A stretch of 64,000 bases of DNA from Vicinamibacteria bacterium (GCA_963668695.2 CAXXLQ010000004.1:1408001-1472000); one strand, 5' to 3'. Shown: positions 28,517 to 38,499, counted from the first letter of the stretch. The notes: generated by a model from the letters alone, not told the origin. A program made the numbers and translations.

Positions 28517-31389
28517 TAGAAAGTCAGGCGGAGACCGATCTTGGCCGCGCGCGGGTCGAGCGCGGCAATCACGTCGTTGTAGCTGGAGCCGGTACGGAGG
28601 TTGAAGTTCGTGACCGCGTTGGAGTTCAGGGCGTTGTACACGTCCACCATCGCGGTGAGGAGCTGTCCGTTTCCGAGCTCGAACGCCTTTTCGATACGGA
28701 AGTCCGCGAGCGTGACCGCTTCCGAGCGGTTTTCATCGAGGTTCGAGAGGAAGATCGCCTGAGTACCGGATCCCGGGATCGAGACCCGCTGGATCGGGGC
28801 CCAGGGCCAGCCGCTCTGGTAGCGCACGTTGCCGGACAACGCCACACCGTAGGGCAGTGTGTAGCGGGCGAGCAGCCGTCCGTTCCAGTTCGTGGTCTCC
28901 TGGCGGAAGGGCACGTCGAGGCTGTGGTTTTGCCAGATCGTGCCGTGGCCGTCGGATCCGACGTCGATCGGGTCTGCCGTCAGCGGGCTGCGCGATTCGC
29001 CTGACGCGGCGCGGTACTCGTCACGCCACTGGTAGTCGAAACTCGCCTGCACGAAGAAGCCGCCGGTGAACCGCCGGTTCGCGGCGATCTGGAACGTGTC
29101 GTAACTGGCCGTCATGTCCGGGAAGGTGTCGGTCTGGATGTCAACCGCATCTGCGACATCGTTCGGCACGCGCTGCACGTTGATCGGCGCCCCGGTCAGG
29201 GCGTTGGTCGGGCACTCGAAGTCCGTGCCGCAGGAGATGCCGCGGCCGTCGAGCAGGGCGGTCTGCTGCGGGACGTTCCACTGGCCGCTGTCCGCATTGA
29301 GCTGCTTGCGCACGAAGGACGCCCGGAACGCGGTGTCGGCGACGAGTTCGTGTTCGAAGGAGACGCTGAACTCGTCCACGTATTCCTTTTGGAGGTCCGG
29401 GTTCACCGGGGTCCCCACCGTGCGGAGCGTGGTGCCGGTGGCGCCGCTGGTGGCCCGGATGGTGCCGAGTTCCTGCGCGCTGTCATAGAGCCCGTTCGCG
29501 TTCTGGTCGAGGAAATCGAACCGGACCCAGGCCACGTTCGCCGGGTCGGCGCGACGGTGCCCGTCAGCCAGGTTCATGTAGTACCGGCCGTAATGGCCTT
29601 TCAGCACCGTTCCCGGGGCGATCTCATAGGTCGCGCCCAGGCGCGGCGCCCAGGTGTTCCAGGTGACGACGGTCTGCCCCTCGGTCACGCCGGTCGGGAA
29701 GAAGTCGGCGAACAGCGGGTTCGACTCCGAGTCCAGGAAGTGGGTCCGCTGCTGCCCGAAGCGCACTCCGATGTTCAGCGTGAGGCGGGCATGCGGCCGC
29801 CAGGTGTCCTGCGCGAACAAATCGTGGTGAGTGTTCCGCGAATCGGCGTTGATCTGGCCGTCGGCGGGCATGCTGAACAGCGCGATCTGATCCACATCGT
29901 TTGGTCGTCCCTGGGTGCTGTCGTCAATGTAACGAACATGGCCGGAGTTCGAGTTGGCCCCGAACTTCCGGCTGTCGATCTGGAAGTCGTAGCCGACCTT
30001 GAAGTCGTGGCTGCCCAGGAACTCGGGAACGTAGTGGTCGGCTGTCGCGGTCACCTGCGGCTTCCAGCGCTCGAAGGTGAACGGCGGCGTGCCGGTGACG
30101 TTGGTGTTCCAGCCCGCTCCGGTGTGGATGCCGGTCGCCTGATCGAAGCGGGGCGGGTTCGACTCCGGGTCCACCGCCGGCACCATCGGCCAGCCGAACC
30201 CGAAGTGCTTGACGGCCAGGGTTGTGAAGGTGCGGTCGTCCCAAACGCGCTGCCACTCGCCCTTGTGCGCCCAACTCCAGCTTGCCTGGGCCAGAATCGA
30301 GTCCGGGCCGATCGTGTTCGAAAGGCTGCGCTGGGGCTTTTCCTTCAGTTGGTAGTTCGAGTAGGCGATGAGCTGATCCCGGCTCGTCAACTGGGCAGTC
30401 ACCTTGCCGCCGAATTGATCGAAGTCGCCCAGATCGGTGGCCAAGTTCGGATCCACTCCCGAAACCTGCTTGTCGATCCGGAAATGGTTGTAGAACCCGT
30501 AGAACCACGCTCGATCTTCGACGATCGGTCCGCCGAGGTCGGCGTGCGCTTCCCAGAAGAGCAGGTTCGGATTGCCGGTGAAGTTGCGGGCTTCGAGCTC
30601 GCTGTCCACGTTGTTGCCGACGAAGCTCGCGTGCTCGTAGTCACCGTGGATCAGGCTGCTGAACTCGTTGCCGCCGCTCTTCATGGTCATGATGACCATC
30701 GAACCGGGCCCGGTCATCTCGACATCCGATCCGGCGGCCGAAGTGGTGAATTCCTCGATGGAGTAGTAGTCGAAATAGAAGCCGGTGCCGCTCTCGCCCT
30801 CGGTGGTGTCCACGCCGTCGGCGAGGATCCGGTTCTGACGGCGGATACCGAAGCTCTCGTAACCCGTCTGCTGGCTCTTGTGGCTGCCGCCGACGTCATA
30901 GCCGCGCATCCGGACGCCCGGAGTCTGGGCGAGCACCGCCCAGACATCGGTCGCCGAGGGCACCTCGTGGAGGGCCTCGGTTCCGAAGTGCGTGGAGAGC
31001 GCCGTGGTGCGGACGTCCACGACCGGCGCCTCACCGGTGACCGTCACGGTTTCGGCGACGGTGGCTACGTCGAGCGTCGCCGGGACGGTGATGGTGCGGT
31101 TGCCTTCGACGATGATGCCCTCGCGCAGGAGGGTCTGGAATCCAGCGATCTCGAACCTGAGGTCATAGGCGCCGCGGCGGAGCGAACGGAACCGGTAGGA
31201 GCCGTCGCTCAAGGTAACGGCCGTCTGTCCGGTGATGAGAGCCTCACCGGAGAGGGTGACGGCCGCTCCCGGTATCGCGAGGCCCTGTGAGTCGGTGACC
31301 CGGCCCTCGATTTCTCCGGCGGTCTGGCCGAAGGCAGTGAAGCCGGCCATGACCGTGAAGGCGAGTGCCAGCAGGATGAGTCGTTTCAT
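28516..31389 (-). CDS. TonB-dependent receptor (TBDR5, most divergent paralog)
   Basis: Signal peptide; shares GYDVGGSHKSQQ plug motif; ends RLTF. Confidence 0.92.
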   Translation of the reverse strand: MKRLILLALAFTVMAGFTAFGQTAGEIEGRVTDSQGLAIPGAAVTLSGEALITGQTAVTLSDGSYRFRSLRRGAYDLRFEIAGFQTLLREGIIVEGNRTITVPATLDVATVAETVTVTGEAPVVDVRTTALSTHFGTEALHEVPSATDVWAVLAQTPGVRMRGYDVGGSHKSQQTGYESFGIRRQNRILADGVDTTEGESGTGFYFDYYSIEEFTTSAAGSDVEMTGPGSMVIMTMKSGGNEFSSLIHGDYEHASFVGNNVDSELEARNFTGNPNLLFWEAHADLGGPIVEDRAWFYGFYNHFRIDKQVSGVDPNLATDLGDFDQFGGKVTAQLTSRDQLIAYSNYQLKEKPQRSLSNTIGPDSILAQASWSWAHKGEWQRVWDDRTFTTLAVKHFGFGWPMVPAVDPESNPPRFDQATGIHTGAGWNTNVTGTPPFTFERWKPQVTATADHYVPEFLGSHDFKVGYDFQIDSRKFGANSNSGHVRYIDDSTQGRPNDVDQIALFSMPADGQINADSRNTHHDLFAQDTWRPHARLTLNIGVRFGQQRTHFLDSESNPLFADFFPTGVTEGQTVVTWNTWAPRLGATYEIAPGTVLKGHYGRYYMNLADGHRRADPANVAWVRFDFLDQNANGLYDSAQELGTIRATSGATGTTLRTVGTPVNPDLQKEYVDEFSVSFEHELVADTAFRASFVRKQLNADSGQWNVPQQTALLDGRGISCGTDFECPTNALTGAPINVQRVPNDVADAVDIQTDTFPDMTASYDTFQIAANRRFTGGFFVQASFDYQWRDEYRAASGESRSPLTADPIDVGSDGHGTIWQNHSLDVPFRQETTNWNGRLLARYTLPYGVALSGNVRYQSGWPWAPIQRVSIPGSGTQAIFLSNLDENRSEAVTLADFRIEKAFELGNGQLLTAMVDVYNALNSNAVTNFNLRTGSSYNDVIAALDPRAAKIGLRLTF

Positions 31390-31528
31390 TGGGAAGTTTT
31401 CTCCTTGGTTTGTTGGAAAAGCGGCCTCGCGCCTCGCGTCTGGGGTGGAACCGGTGTTTCTTGAATTCGCGTGGTTTCCGGGGCCCGGGGCGGTCGCGGC
31501 GCATTGCCGTGCATGTCCTAAAGAAGGC

Positions 31529-31543
31529 GCAAGGGATGCGCCC
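31529..31543 (-). promoter_or_regulatory. Putative sigma54 promoter of TBDR5
   Basis: Minus strand GGGCGCATCCCTTGC (GG-N10-GC). Confidence 0.55.
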
Positions 31544-31743
31544 GGGTCCTGGGCGTCCGGCCAACAGCCGTGCGGAGTGGGGATCCCCTGGTACCGGTCA
31601 TAAACCCCTCCGAACGGCGCCGACTCGGACGCTCCGGTGTTCCGAATCCCGTATCCAGCGCGCCGGTCCGATTCAGGAATCCCCGCCGCGATTCATCGCC
31701 CCGGAGCGCACCGCACCTGTTTTCTGAACACCCGGACGCCCTA

Positions 31744-32283
31744 ACAGCCGGTGGTGGAACCCAGGCGGCGTTCGACCGGCGATGCATCCCGGCCAAACAG
31801 CCTGTGATGAAACCCGCGCGGCCCAGTTTTCCCGGTGGGGGCTCGGCCGGCGATTCATCCCGGCTGAACCGCGTCGCTTCGCGCCGCTCATCGTTGCGTT
31901 TCGGTCGGAATACACCCGGGCCAGTTCTCCCGGTGGGGGCTCCTCCCTCACGCGCCTTGTCAGCCGGGCCCCCACCGGGAGGACTGGCCCCACCGGGAGA
32001 ACTGGGCCTCACCGGCCTCGGCGCTCACGTGGGTTCCACCACCGGCTGTTCACCGCGTCGCTTCGCGCCGCTCATCGTTGCGTTTCGGTCGGAATACACC
32101 CGGGCCAGTTCTCCCGGTGGGGGCTCCTCCCTCGCGCGCCTTGTCAGCCGGGCCCCCACCGGGAGGACTGGCCCCACCGGGAGAACTGGGCCTCGCCGCT
32201 CTCGGCGCTCACCCGGGTTCCACCACCGGCTGTTGCGTCGCCGGTGCTCGATACCGCCGGTCCCTGGCTCGTTTACAGGCTGC
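31744..32283. mobile_element. Nested MITE family A composite with seven 19-nt modules
   Basis: Complete copy (about 31797-32049) inside another copy; outer TA flanks. Confidence 0.85.
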
Positions 32284-32295
32284 TAGGCTTCTGCC

Positions 32296-32904
32296 ATGCC
32301 TCTTCCGCCGCCCGCTCCAGCCATCCGCATCCGGGCCGAGCCGCGCGACAATTCCACCTGCCGTTTTGTGATGGACCGCCCGGTCCTTCCCGGCGGCTCG
32401 GTCTATTTCGATTCCCCTGCCGATGCCATTCGTTCGCCGATGGCGCGGGAGATTCTTGGGATTCCCGGGGTTTCGGGCGTTGTGATCCAGGAGAACCTGA
32501 TTACGGTCACTGCCGAAACCGAGGGCAATTGGATGCCCGTCGCCCGCGAGGTCGGAAAAAGGATCCGGAGCGTTCTCGAAGGTCAGGACCTGGCCGTGGA
32601 CCCCACTGTGCTTGAGAACCTTCCGGCGCCGGAGGCCATCCGGGACCGGGTTGAGGCGGTGCTGCGGGAGGAAATCAACCCGGCCGTAGCCTCACATGGC
32701 GGCTACATCGATCTGGTGGGCGTCGAACAGAACCAGGTCTTCCTTCGCATGGGAGGAGGCTGCCAGGGATGCGGGATGGCTACCGCCACCCTGCGCCAGG
32801 GAGTCGAAAAGATTCTGCGCCGGGCGGTTCCGGAGATTGGCGCCATCCTGGACACTACCGACCACGCTGCCGGAACGAACCCGTACTACGAAGCGGCGCG
32901 GTAG
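32296..32904 (+). CDS. NifU/NfuA-type Fe-S cluster carrier
   Basis: Nfu N-terminal domain plus INPAVASHGG..MGGGCQGC..DTTDHAAGTNPYY. Confidence 0.92.
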   Translation: MPLPPPAPAIRIRAEPRDNSTCRFVMDRPVLPGGSVYFDSPADAIRSPMAREILGIPGVSGVVIQENLITVTAETEGNWMPVAREVGKRIRSVLEGQDLAVDPTVLENLPAPEAIRDRVEAVLREEINPAVASHGGYIDLVGVEQNQVFLRMGGGCQGCGMATATLRQGVEKILRRAVPEIGAILDTTDHAAGTNPYYEAAR

Positions 32905-32953
32905 GAAACCCCGCGTTCCGTCTGTGGGCGGGCGCCGGGACGAGAATCCCACC

Positions 32954-35233
32954 GTGACTCCCCGAATACGACCTGCGGTTCGCGCGGATCACCGCCGGTT
33001 GCACGCAGGAAGCGCACTCCTTCTATGCACTCTGGGGTTATCCGCTGTGTCTGAGGGCGGCCCTCTCCGATTCGGGCAGCAGCGCAACCGGCAAGAAAGG
33101 GAGCAGCCTCCGGTGGCCTGGAGCCACGACCCACCGCCCGCGGGGACCATGATCACGCGCGCGGAGCACGTCACTCGTGAGGGTTCGCGGGTCGTGCTTG
33201 ACGGCTATGCCCAGGTGGCCTACGCAGGACTTCGGATCCAGGCCGACCGCATCGAGATCGACGAGGAAGAACTGCGGGTTCGGGCGGAAGGCAACGTCGT
33301 ATTCGAACGCCGCGACGAAAAGGTGGTGGCGGAATCCATGGAGGGAAGCCTCGCAGACGGCACCGCGATCTTTCGCAATGCCCGGGGGATCCTGGGGCAG
33401 GACTTTCACTTCGTCGCCGAGACTCTCGAAGAGCTGGAAGACGGAGCGTTCGCGATCGAACGGGGAGCGTTCACCACCTGCGCCCAGCCGAATCCCCGCT
33501 GGAACTTCACCGCCAGCCGCGCCGTCGTACGGCCCCAAAAACACGTCTGGTTGCGCAACGTGTCGTTCCGCGTCAAGAACGTGCCGGTGACCTATTTCCC
33601 GGTGCTCTATTACCCCCTCGAGGAAGACGGCCGGCAGACCGGTCTTCTCATTCCGCGCTACAGCCGTTCCGACCTCCGGGGCCACCTCATCAGCCAGGGG
33701 TTTTACTGGGCCCTCAACCGCTCGATGGACGCGACATTCAGCGTGGACCATTTCACGGTGTCCGGAACCGGTCTCGGCATGGACTACCGCTACCGCGGGG
33801 ACAGCGGTTCCCGCGGCGAGGCGGAGGGGTTCATCATCAACGACAAGACCACCGAAAACCGCGAGTACTCGCTCAGCTTCAACGTGGCGCAGCGCCTGCC
33901 GGCCCGGTTCCGGCTGAGCGCGGCCGGCGACATGTTCTCCAGTTTCGACTTCAGCCGGCGCTTCCAGGATTCTTTTTCGCGTTCCACGCGCCGGTACCAG
34001 CGGGCCAAAGTCGACCTGAACGGTCAGCTCTTCGGCCACCGTCTCAAGTTCAAGATCGACCGCAAGGACACGCAGTATTCGACGAGGAATAGCCGCCGCC
34101 AGACGATGCCGCAGCTTTCGATTAGGCGGCGCAGCCTGAATCTGCTGGGCAACTTCGTGCAGCTTGGCTACGAAGCCGACTACGTGCGGGTCGGCCGGTC
34201 GCGCCGGGACGACTTCGAGGAATGGAACCGGCTCTTCGTCGGACCCACTCTCGGGATTTCGATGCCGGAAGTGCCGTTCCTCGAACTGCGCGCCGAAGTT
34301 GACGCGGGGTACCTGCGGTACGGCGGATCGAAGGACCCCGAGACCGACGAGTTCAATCCGGAGCTGGGATTGTCGCGGCGGTTCTACGGAACCACCGTGC
34401 AGATGGCCGGACCCAAGCTGGAACGGATCTTCGAAACCCCCGGGGGCTTCTACGCCGCCCGCTACAAGCACCTCGTCGAGCCCGAGGCGTCCTGGGACTA
34501 CCGCAAGAGCGACGACAAGTTCGATCTGGTGAATCGTTTCGACCGCTACGACAGCTCGGCGCAGGACAACCAGATCAGCTTTGGCCTGGTGAACCGTTTG
34601 CTGGCGAAGCGCTACCGGGACGGAGTCGAGGAGTCGTCGGCGACGGATGTCATCACCTGGCGCATTCAGCAGACGTGGTACTTCGATCCGACTTCCGGGT
34701 CGTTCGATTCCCGTTACGTTTCCTCCTCGTTCGAGGACAGCGAGGTGGAGGTGCGGAAGTCCCCGATCCGCTCGGACTTCCGCTTCACTCCGGACCAGAG
34801 CGTGAATGGCGACTGGACCATGGAGTGGGACCCGGACGAACGGCTGTTCACCTCGATTCGGGCAGGCGTCCGGGTTGGTGGCCGTCTGTCGAACCGCCGG
34901 TTCAACTTCAACTGGTCCCGCCGTGCCCGCCGGATTGGCGGCGAGGACAGCGAAGAGGTGAGGGTGAAGAGCTATCTCCGGGCCGGAACCGACTTCTTCC
35001 CCACCGAGGTGATTCGTACCGGCCTCGACATCAACTACGACATCACCGAGCGGCGCATGTCCAACATTCGCCTGCGCGCCGATTTCCTGCTCCAGTGCTG
35101 CGGGCTGAACGTCGAATGGATCCGCTACAACCTCACGCGCCGGAACGAGAACATCTTCCACTTCGGCATCACGCTGGGCGGGATCACGAGTTTCGGGTTC
35201 GGGACCGGCGGCGCTAACGACCGCTACTATTGA
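32954..35233 (+). CDS. lptD: LPS-assembly protein LptD (start approximate)
   Basis: OstA-like N-domain (IQADRIEID), FTTC..PRW, RQTGLLIP, C-terminal barrel with QCC. Confidence 0.85.
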   Translation: MTPRIRPAVRADHRRLHAGSALLLCTLGLSAVSEGGPLRFGQQRNRQEREQPPVAWSHDPPPAGTMITRAEHVTREGSRVVLDGYAQVAYAGLRIQADRIEIDEEELRVRAEGNVVFERRDEKVVAESMEGSLADGTAIFRNARGILGQDFHFVAETLEELEDGAFAIERGAFTTCAQPNPRWNFTASRAVVRPQKHVWLRNVSFRVKNVPVTYFPVLYYPLEEDGRQTGLLIPRYSRSDLRGHLISQGFYWALNRSMDATFSVDHFTVSGTGLGMDYRYRGDSGSRGEAEGFIINDKTTENREYSLSFNVAQRLPARFRLSAAGDMFSSFDFSRRFQDSFSRSTRRYQRAKVDLNGQLFGHRLKFKIDRKDTQYSTRNSRRQTMPQLSIRRRSLNLLGNFVQLGYEADYVRVGRSRRDDFEEWNRLFVGPTLGISMPEVPFLELRAEVDAGYLRYGGSKDPETDEFNPELGLSRRFYGTTVQMAGPKLERIFETPGGFYAARYKHLVEPEASWDYRKSDDKFDLVNRFDRYDSSAQDNQISFGLVNRLLAKRYRDGVEESSATDVITWRIQQTWYFDPTSGSFDSRYVSSSFEDSEVEVRKSPIRSDFRFTPDQSVNGDWTMEWDPDERLFTSIRAGVRVGGRLSNRRFNFNWSRRARRIGGEDSEEVRVKSYLRAGTDFFPTEVIRTGLDINYDITERRMSNIRLRADFLLQCCGLNVEWIRYNLTRRNENIFHFGITLGGITSFGFGTGGANDRYY

Positions 35234-35266
35234 GAAATTCGCCCTCAATCGGAGAGACATCGCCCA

Positions 35267-35476
35267 ATGAACTACTGGGTGAATGAAGACAAGCCTGACA
35301 CCAAAGTCACGGTTCACAAGGACTCGTGCCCGCACGGAGTAAACCTGCCCAAGCAACCCAAGGATGGTTGCTGGCACGGACCCTTCGACACGAAGGAGGA
35401 GGCGACATCGGTGGCAAGGGCGATCGGTCTCAACTATCACGAATGCAAGAAGTGCTTCGGCCTACCAAAGCGATAA
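35267..35476 (+). CDS. Small hypothetical His/Cys protein
   Basis: RBS GGAG; HxxxC..WHGPF..CxxC. Confidence 0.7.
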   Translation: MNYWVNEDKPDTKVTVHKDSCPHGVNLPKQPKDGCWHGPFDTKEEATSVARAIGLNYHECKKCFGLPKR

Positions 35477-35525
35477 ACGGAAGCCGCGTGAGAACGAGGG
35501 CGGCGGACAGCGCGGAGGCGCGTTC

Positions 35526-36236
35526 TTGCTCCTTCTCCTGATCCTGAACGCGGCCCTCGCGCTCGCCGGTTGGCGGCTCCGAACAGTGAACGGGTCGGGA
35601 GCAATCGCGGGGTTCGTGGTCGGCGGCACGGTTGCTGTGAGCCTGGGCTGGTCCGGCTACCTGGTGCTGCTCCTTTACTTTGCTTTGGGCGCCTTGGCGA
35701 CGCGCATCGGTTGGAGCCGCAAGCGGGCCCTTGGAATCGCGGAAGCCCGGGGCGGCGCCCGAGGGCCCAGGCAGGTGATCGCGAATGGTGGACCGCCGGT
35801 GCTCTTCTGCACGCTGGCGGGCCTGCTGCCCGTCAGCTGGATCCTGCCGGCCGCCGCCGCGTTCGTCGGCTCGCTCGCCACCGCGGCAGCGGACACGGTG
35901 TCTTCCGAAGTCGGGAAAACCCTGGGGGGACCGGTGCGGCGGCTTCCGGATCTCTCACGAGCGCCCGTTGGCACGCCGGGCGGAATCAGCATCGCGGGTT
36001 CGGTCGCTGGGCTCTTCGCCTCTCTGGTGATCTGTGCCGTTGCCGCGGGCGGCGATCTCATTTCGCCGGCATGGCTCCTTCCCGTGGCGGGGGCTGGCTT
36101 CATCGCCGCCCTGCTCGAGGGTCTGCTCTCCCCGCTCGAGGCGCGCGGGACACTCGACAATGACGGAGTGAACGCCGTTTCCGTGCTGGCGGGCGGACTC
36201 CTGGCGTTCGGATGGGGTTGGCTGGTGTCCGGATGA
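35526..36236 (+). CDS. DUF92/TMEM19-family membrane protein (start uncertain)
   Basis: RGPRQVIANG, ATAAADTVSSEVG, GTPGGISIAGS, NDGVN; ATGA overlap with the next gene. Confidence 0.88.
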   Translation: MLLLLILNAALALAGWRLRTVNGSGAIAGFVVGGTVAVSLGWSGYLVLLLYFALGALATRIGWSRKRALGIAEARGGARGPRQVIANGGPPVLFCTLAGLLPVSWILPAAAAFVGSLATAAADTVSSEVGKTLGGPVRRLPDLSRAPVGTPGGISIAGSVAGLFASLVICAVAAGGDLISPAWLLPVAGAGFIAALLEGLLSPLEARGTLDNDGVNAVSVLAGGLLAFGWGWLVSG

Positions 36237-37150
36237 TCCGATCCGTTGCACAGCGGCTCGCGCTCTACTGCGAGTTCTCGCGGCCATTCACCCTCCTTCC
36301 GCCCCTGATCGGCTTCCTGAGCGGCAGCGCTACGGCGTTCGGAGCGCCTCCGGCACTCGAGATCGTCCCCTGGATCTATCCCGTCCTCGGAGCGGTGATG
36401 GCTGCCACTCTGAACGCGGCGAGTAACGCCCTCAACCAGATCTGCGACCTCGAGATCGACCGGATCACCAAGCCGGGCCGGCCCCTCCCTTCCGGCCGGT
36501 TGGGACTCGCCGAAGCGTGGTGGTTCACGGCCGTCTGCTGGGCCCTGGCGCTCGCCGCCGCCTGGTTCGTGAGTCCCGGTGGCCGTCGCGAGTGTTTCTT
36601 GATCGTGGTGGCGGCGAGCGTCTTCGTCTGGATGTACTCCGCGTTGCCGTTCAGGACGAAGCGGCTCGGGATGCTTGCCAACCTCACGGTCGCGATCCCC
36701 CGCGGCCTGCTGCTCAAGGTTGCCGGCTGGTCGGCTCTCAAGACGGTGCTTGACCCCGAACCCTGGTTCATCGGCCTCATCTTCGGCCTGTTCCTTTTGG
36801 GCGCCACCACGACCAAGGACTTCTCGGACATAGCCGGAGATCGCGCCGGAGGCTGCCGGACGCTTCCGGTGGTGCATGGCTCGCGGGGCGCGGCCTGGCG
36901 GATCGCACCCTTCTTCGTTTTGCCCTTCATCCTCATTCCGCTAGGCGTGCGAATGGACCTGTTGACCGGGAACCCGGTGCTGCTGGACGCGCTCGGCGCC
37001 GCATTGGTGCTCTACGGGATCTTCACGGCGTGGCTCATGCTGCGCCGTCCGGACGAACTGGCGACCGACAGCAACCATGTGTCGTGGCGCCACATGTACC
37101 TCATGATGATGGTGGCCCAACTCGGGTTCGCGGCCGCGTACGTCATGTGA
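36233..37150 (+). CDS. UbiA-superfamily prenyltransferase
   Basis: NQICDLEIDRITKPGRPLPSG and KDFSDIAGD aspartate motifs. Confidence 0.9.
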   Translation: MIRSVAQRLALYCEFSRPFTLLPPLIGFLSGSATAFGAPPALEIVPWIYPVLGAVMAATLNAASNALNQICDLEIDRITKPGRPLPSGRLGLAEAWWFTAVCWALALAAAWFVSPGGRRECFLIVVAASVFVWMYSALPFRTKRLGMLANLTVAIPRGLLLKVAGWSALKTVLDPEPWFIGLIFGLFLLGATTTKDFSDIAGDRAGGCRTLPVVHGSRGAAWRIAPFFVLPFILIPLGVRMDLLTGNPVLLDALGAALVLYGIFTAWLMLRRPDELATDSNHVSWRHMYLMMMVAQLGFAAAYVM

Positions 37151-37203
37151 TCCGGGCGCTCTGCCTGCCCAAGGGCCGCCGCCGGTCCTATACTGGCGTT
37201 CCC

Positions 37204-38484
37204 GTGAATAGTTCCTTTGCCCGCCGCAATTTCGGTCCGAGCCTCGCCGAACGGGACCCCGAAATCGCCGCCGCCATCCGGGCCGAAGAGATCCGCCAGT
37301 CACAGGGTCTCGAACTGATCGCGTCCGAGAACTTCGCGAGCGACGCGATCATGGAAGCCACCGGCTCCGTGATGACCAACAAGTATGCGGAAGGCTACCC
37401 GGGCCGGCGCTACTACGGAGGCTGCGTCCATGTGGACGAGGCGGAACGGCTGGCCAGAAACCGCGCCAAGGAACTCTTCGGCTGCCACTACGCGAACGTC
37501 CAGCCGCACAGTGGTTCCCAGGCCAACATGGTCGCCTACCAAGCACTTCTGGAACCCGGCGACGCCTTCCTGGGCATGGCCCTCGACCAGGGGGGGCACC
37601 TGACCCACGGCCATCCGCTGAACTTCTCCGGGCAGTTCTACCGGCCGGTGGCTTATGGGGTGCGCCGGGAGGACGAGCGAATCGATCTCGACGAGTTGCA
37701 GCGGCTCGCCCGGGAGCACCGGCCGAAGATGATCATCGTGGGTGCGAGTGCGTATCCACGCCTCTACCCCAGCGAGGAAATCCGCCAGATCGCGGACGAG
37801 GTCGGGGCGAAAGTGGTCACCGACATTGCCCACGTCGCCGGCCTGATCGCCGGCCGCGCAATCCCGAATCCGGTGCCCCACTCGGACATCGTCACCGCTA
37901 CGACCCACAAAACGCTCCGGGGTCCGCGCGGGGGGCTCATCCTCTGGAATGAGAAGAGCTACGGGAAGGCCATCAACCGGATCACTTTCCCGGGGATCCA
38001 GGGCGGGCCGATGATGCACACGATCGCCGCGAAGGCGGTGTGTTTCCGGGAGGCGCTGGCACCGGCCTTCGCTGAATACGCGCACCAGATCGTCCGAAAC
38101 GCCAAGGCGCTTGCCGAAGCACTCGTGGGGTTTGGATTCCGGCTGGTTTCCGGTGGCACCGACAACCACCTGGTGCTGGTGGACGTGGGCGCCCGTGGCA
38201 CCACTGGTCGCGATGCCGAGGTGGCAATGGAGGCTGCCGGAATCACCGCGAACAAGAACACCATCCCCTTCGATCCCCAAAAGCCGATGATCGCGAGTGG
38301 TATCCGGTTGGGTACGGCGGCGCTCACCACCCGGGGAATGCGGGAAGCCGAGATGGTCGAGGTCGCGCGCCTGATGGATGCGGCGCTCCGCTCGGCGGGC
38401 GACGAGGCAGGACTCGCCCGGATCGCCGGCGAGGTTGCCGAACTTGCCTCGGGATTCCCGCTCTACGTATCACCAGCGGCGTGA
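37204..38484 (+). CDS. glyA: Serine hydroxymethyltransferase
   Basis: LIASENF, NKYAEGYPGRRYYGG, TTHKTLRGPRGG; TATACT shortly upstream of the GTG. Confidence 0.97.
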   Translation: MNSSFARRNFGPSLAERDPEIAAAIRAEEIRQSQGLELIASENFASDAIMEATGSVMTNKYAEGYPGRRYYGGCVHVDEAERLARNRAKELFGCHYANVQPHSGSQANMVAYQALLEPGDAFLGMALDQGGHLTHGHPLNFSGQFYRPVAYGVRREDERIDLDELQRLAREHRPKMIIVGASAYPRLYPSEEIRQIADEVGAKVVTDIAHVAGLIAGRAIPNPVPHSDIVTATTHKTLRGPRGGLILWNEKSYGKAINRITFPGIQGGPMMHTIAAKAVCFREALAPAFAEYAHQIVRNAKALAEALVGFGFRLVSGGTDNHLVLVDVGARGTTGRDAEVAMEAAGITANKNTIPFDPQKPMIASGIRLGTAALTTRGMREAEMVEVARLMDAALRSAGDEAGLARIAGEVAELASGFPLYVSPAA

Positions 38485-38499
38485 ACGCGGCGGGTACGA

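Noticed and set aside
31744-32283. Possible CRISPR array (recurring 19-mers with spacers)
   Set aside because: Spacers are conserved MITE backbone, orientation is mixed, spacing is irregular and there are no cas genes
31518-32615. ORFs over MITE copies (also at 41.4, 44.5, 49.5, 53.8, 55.7 and 60.1 kb)
   Set aside because: Recurrent translations of non-coding repeats (e.g. LRFGRNT, AQFSRWG)
33038-35440. 800-aa minus ORF (and similar long antisense ORFs at 12167, 21133, 29350, 45001)
   Set aside because: High-GC shadow ORFs opposite well-supported genes
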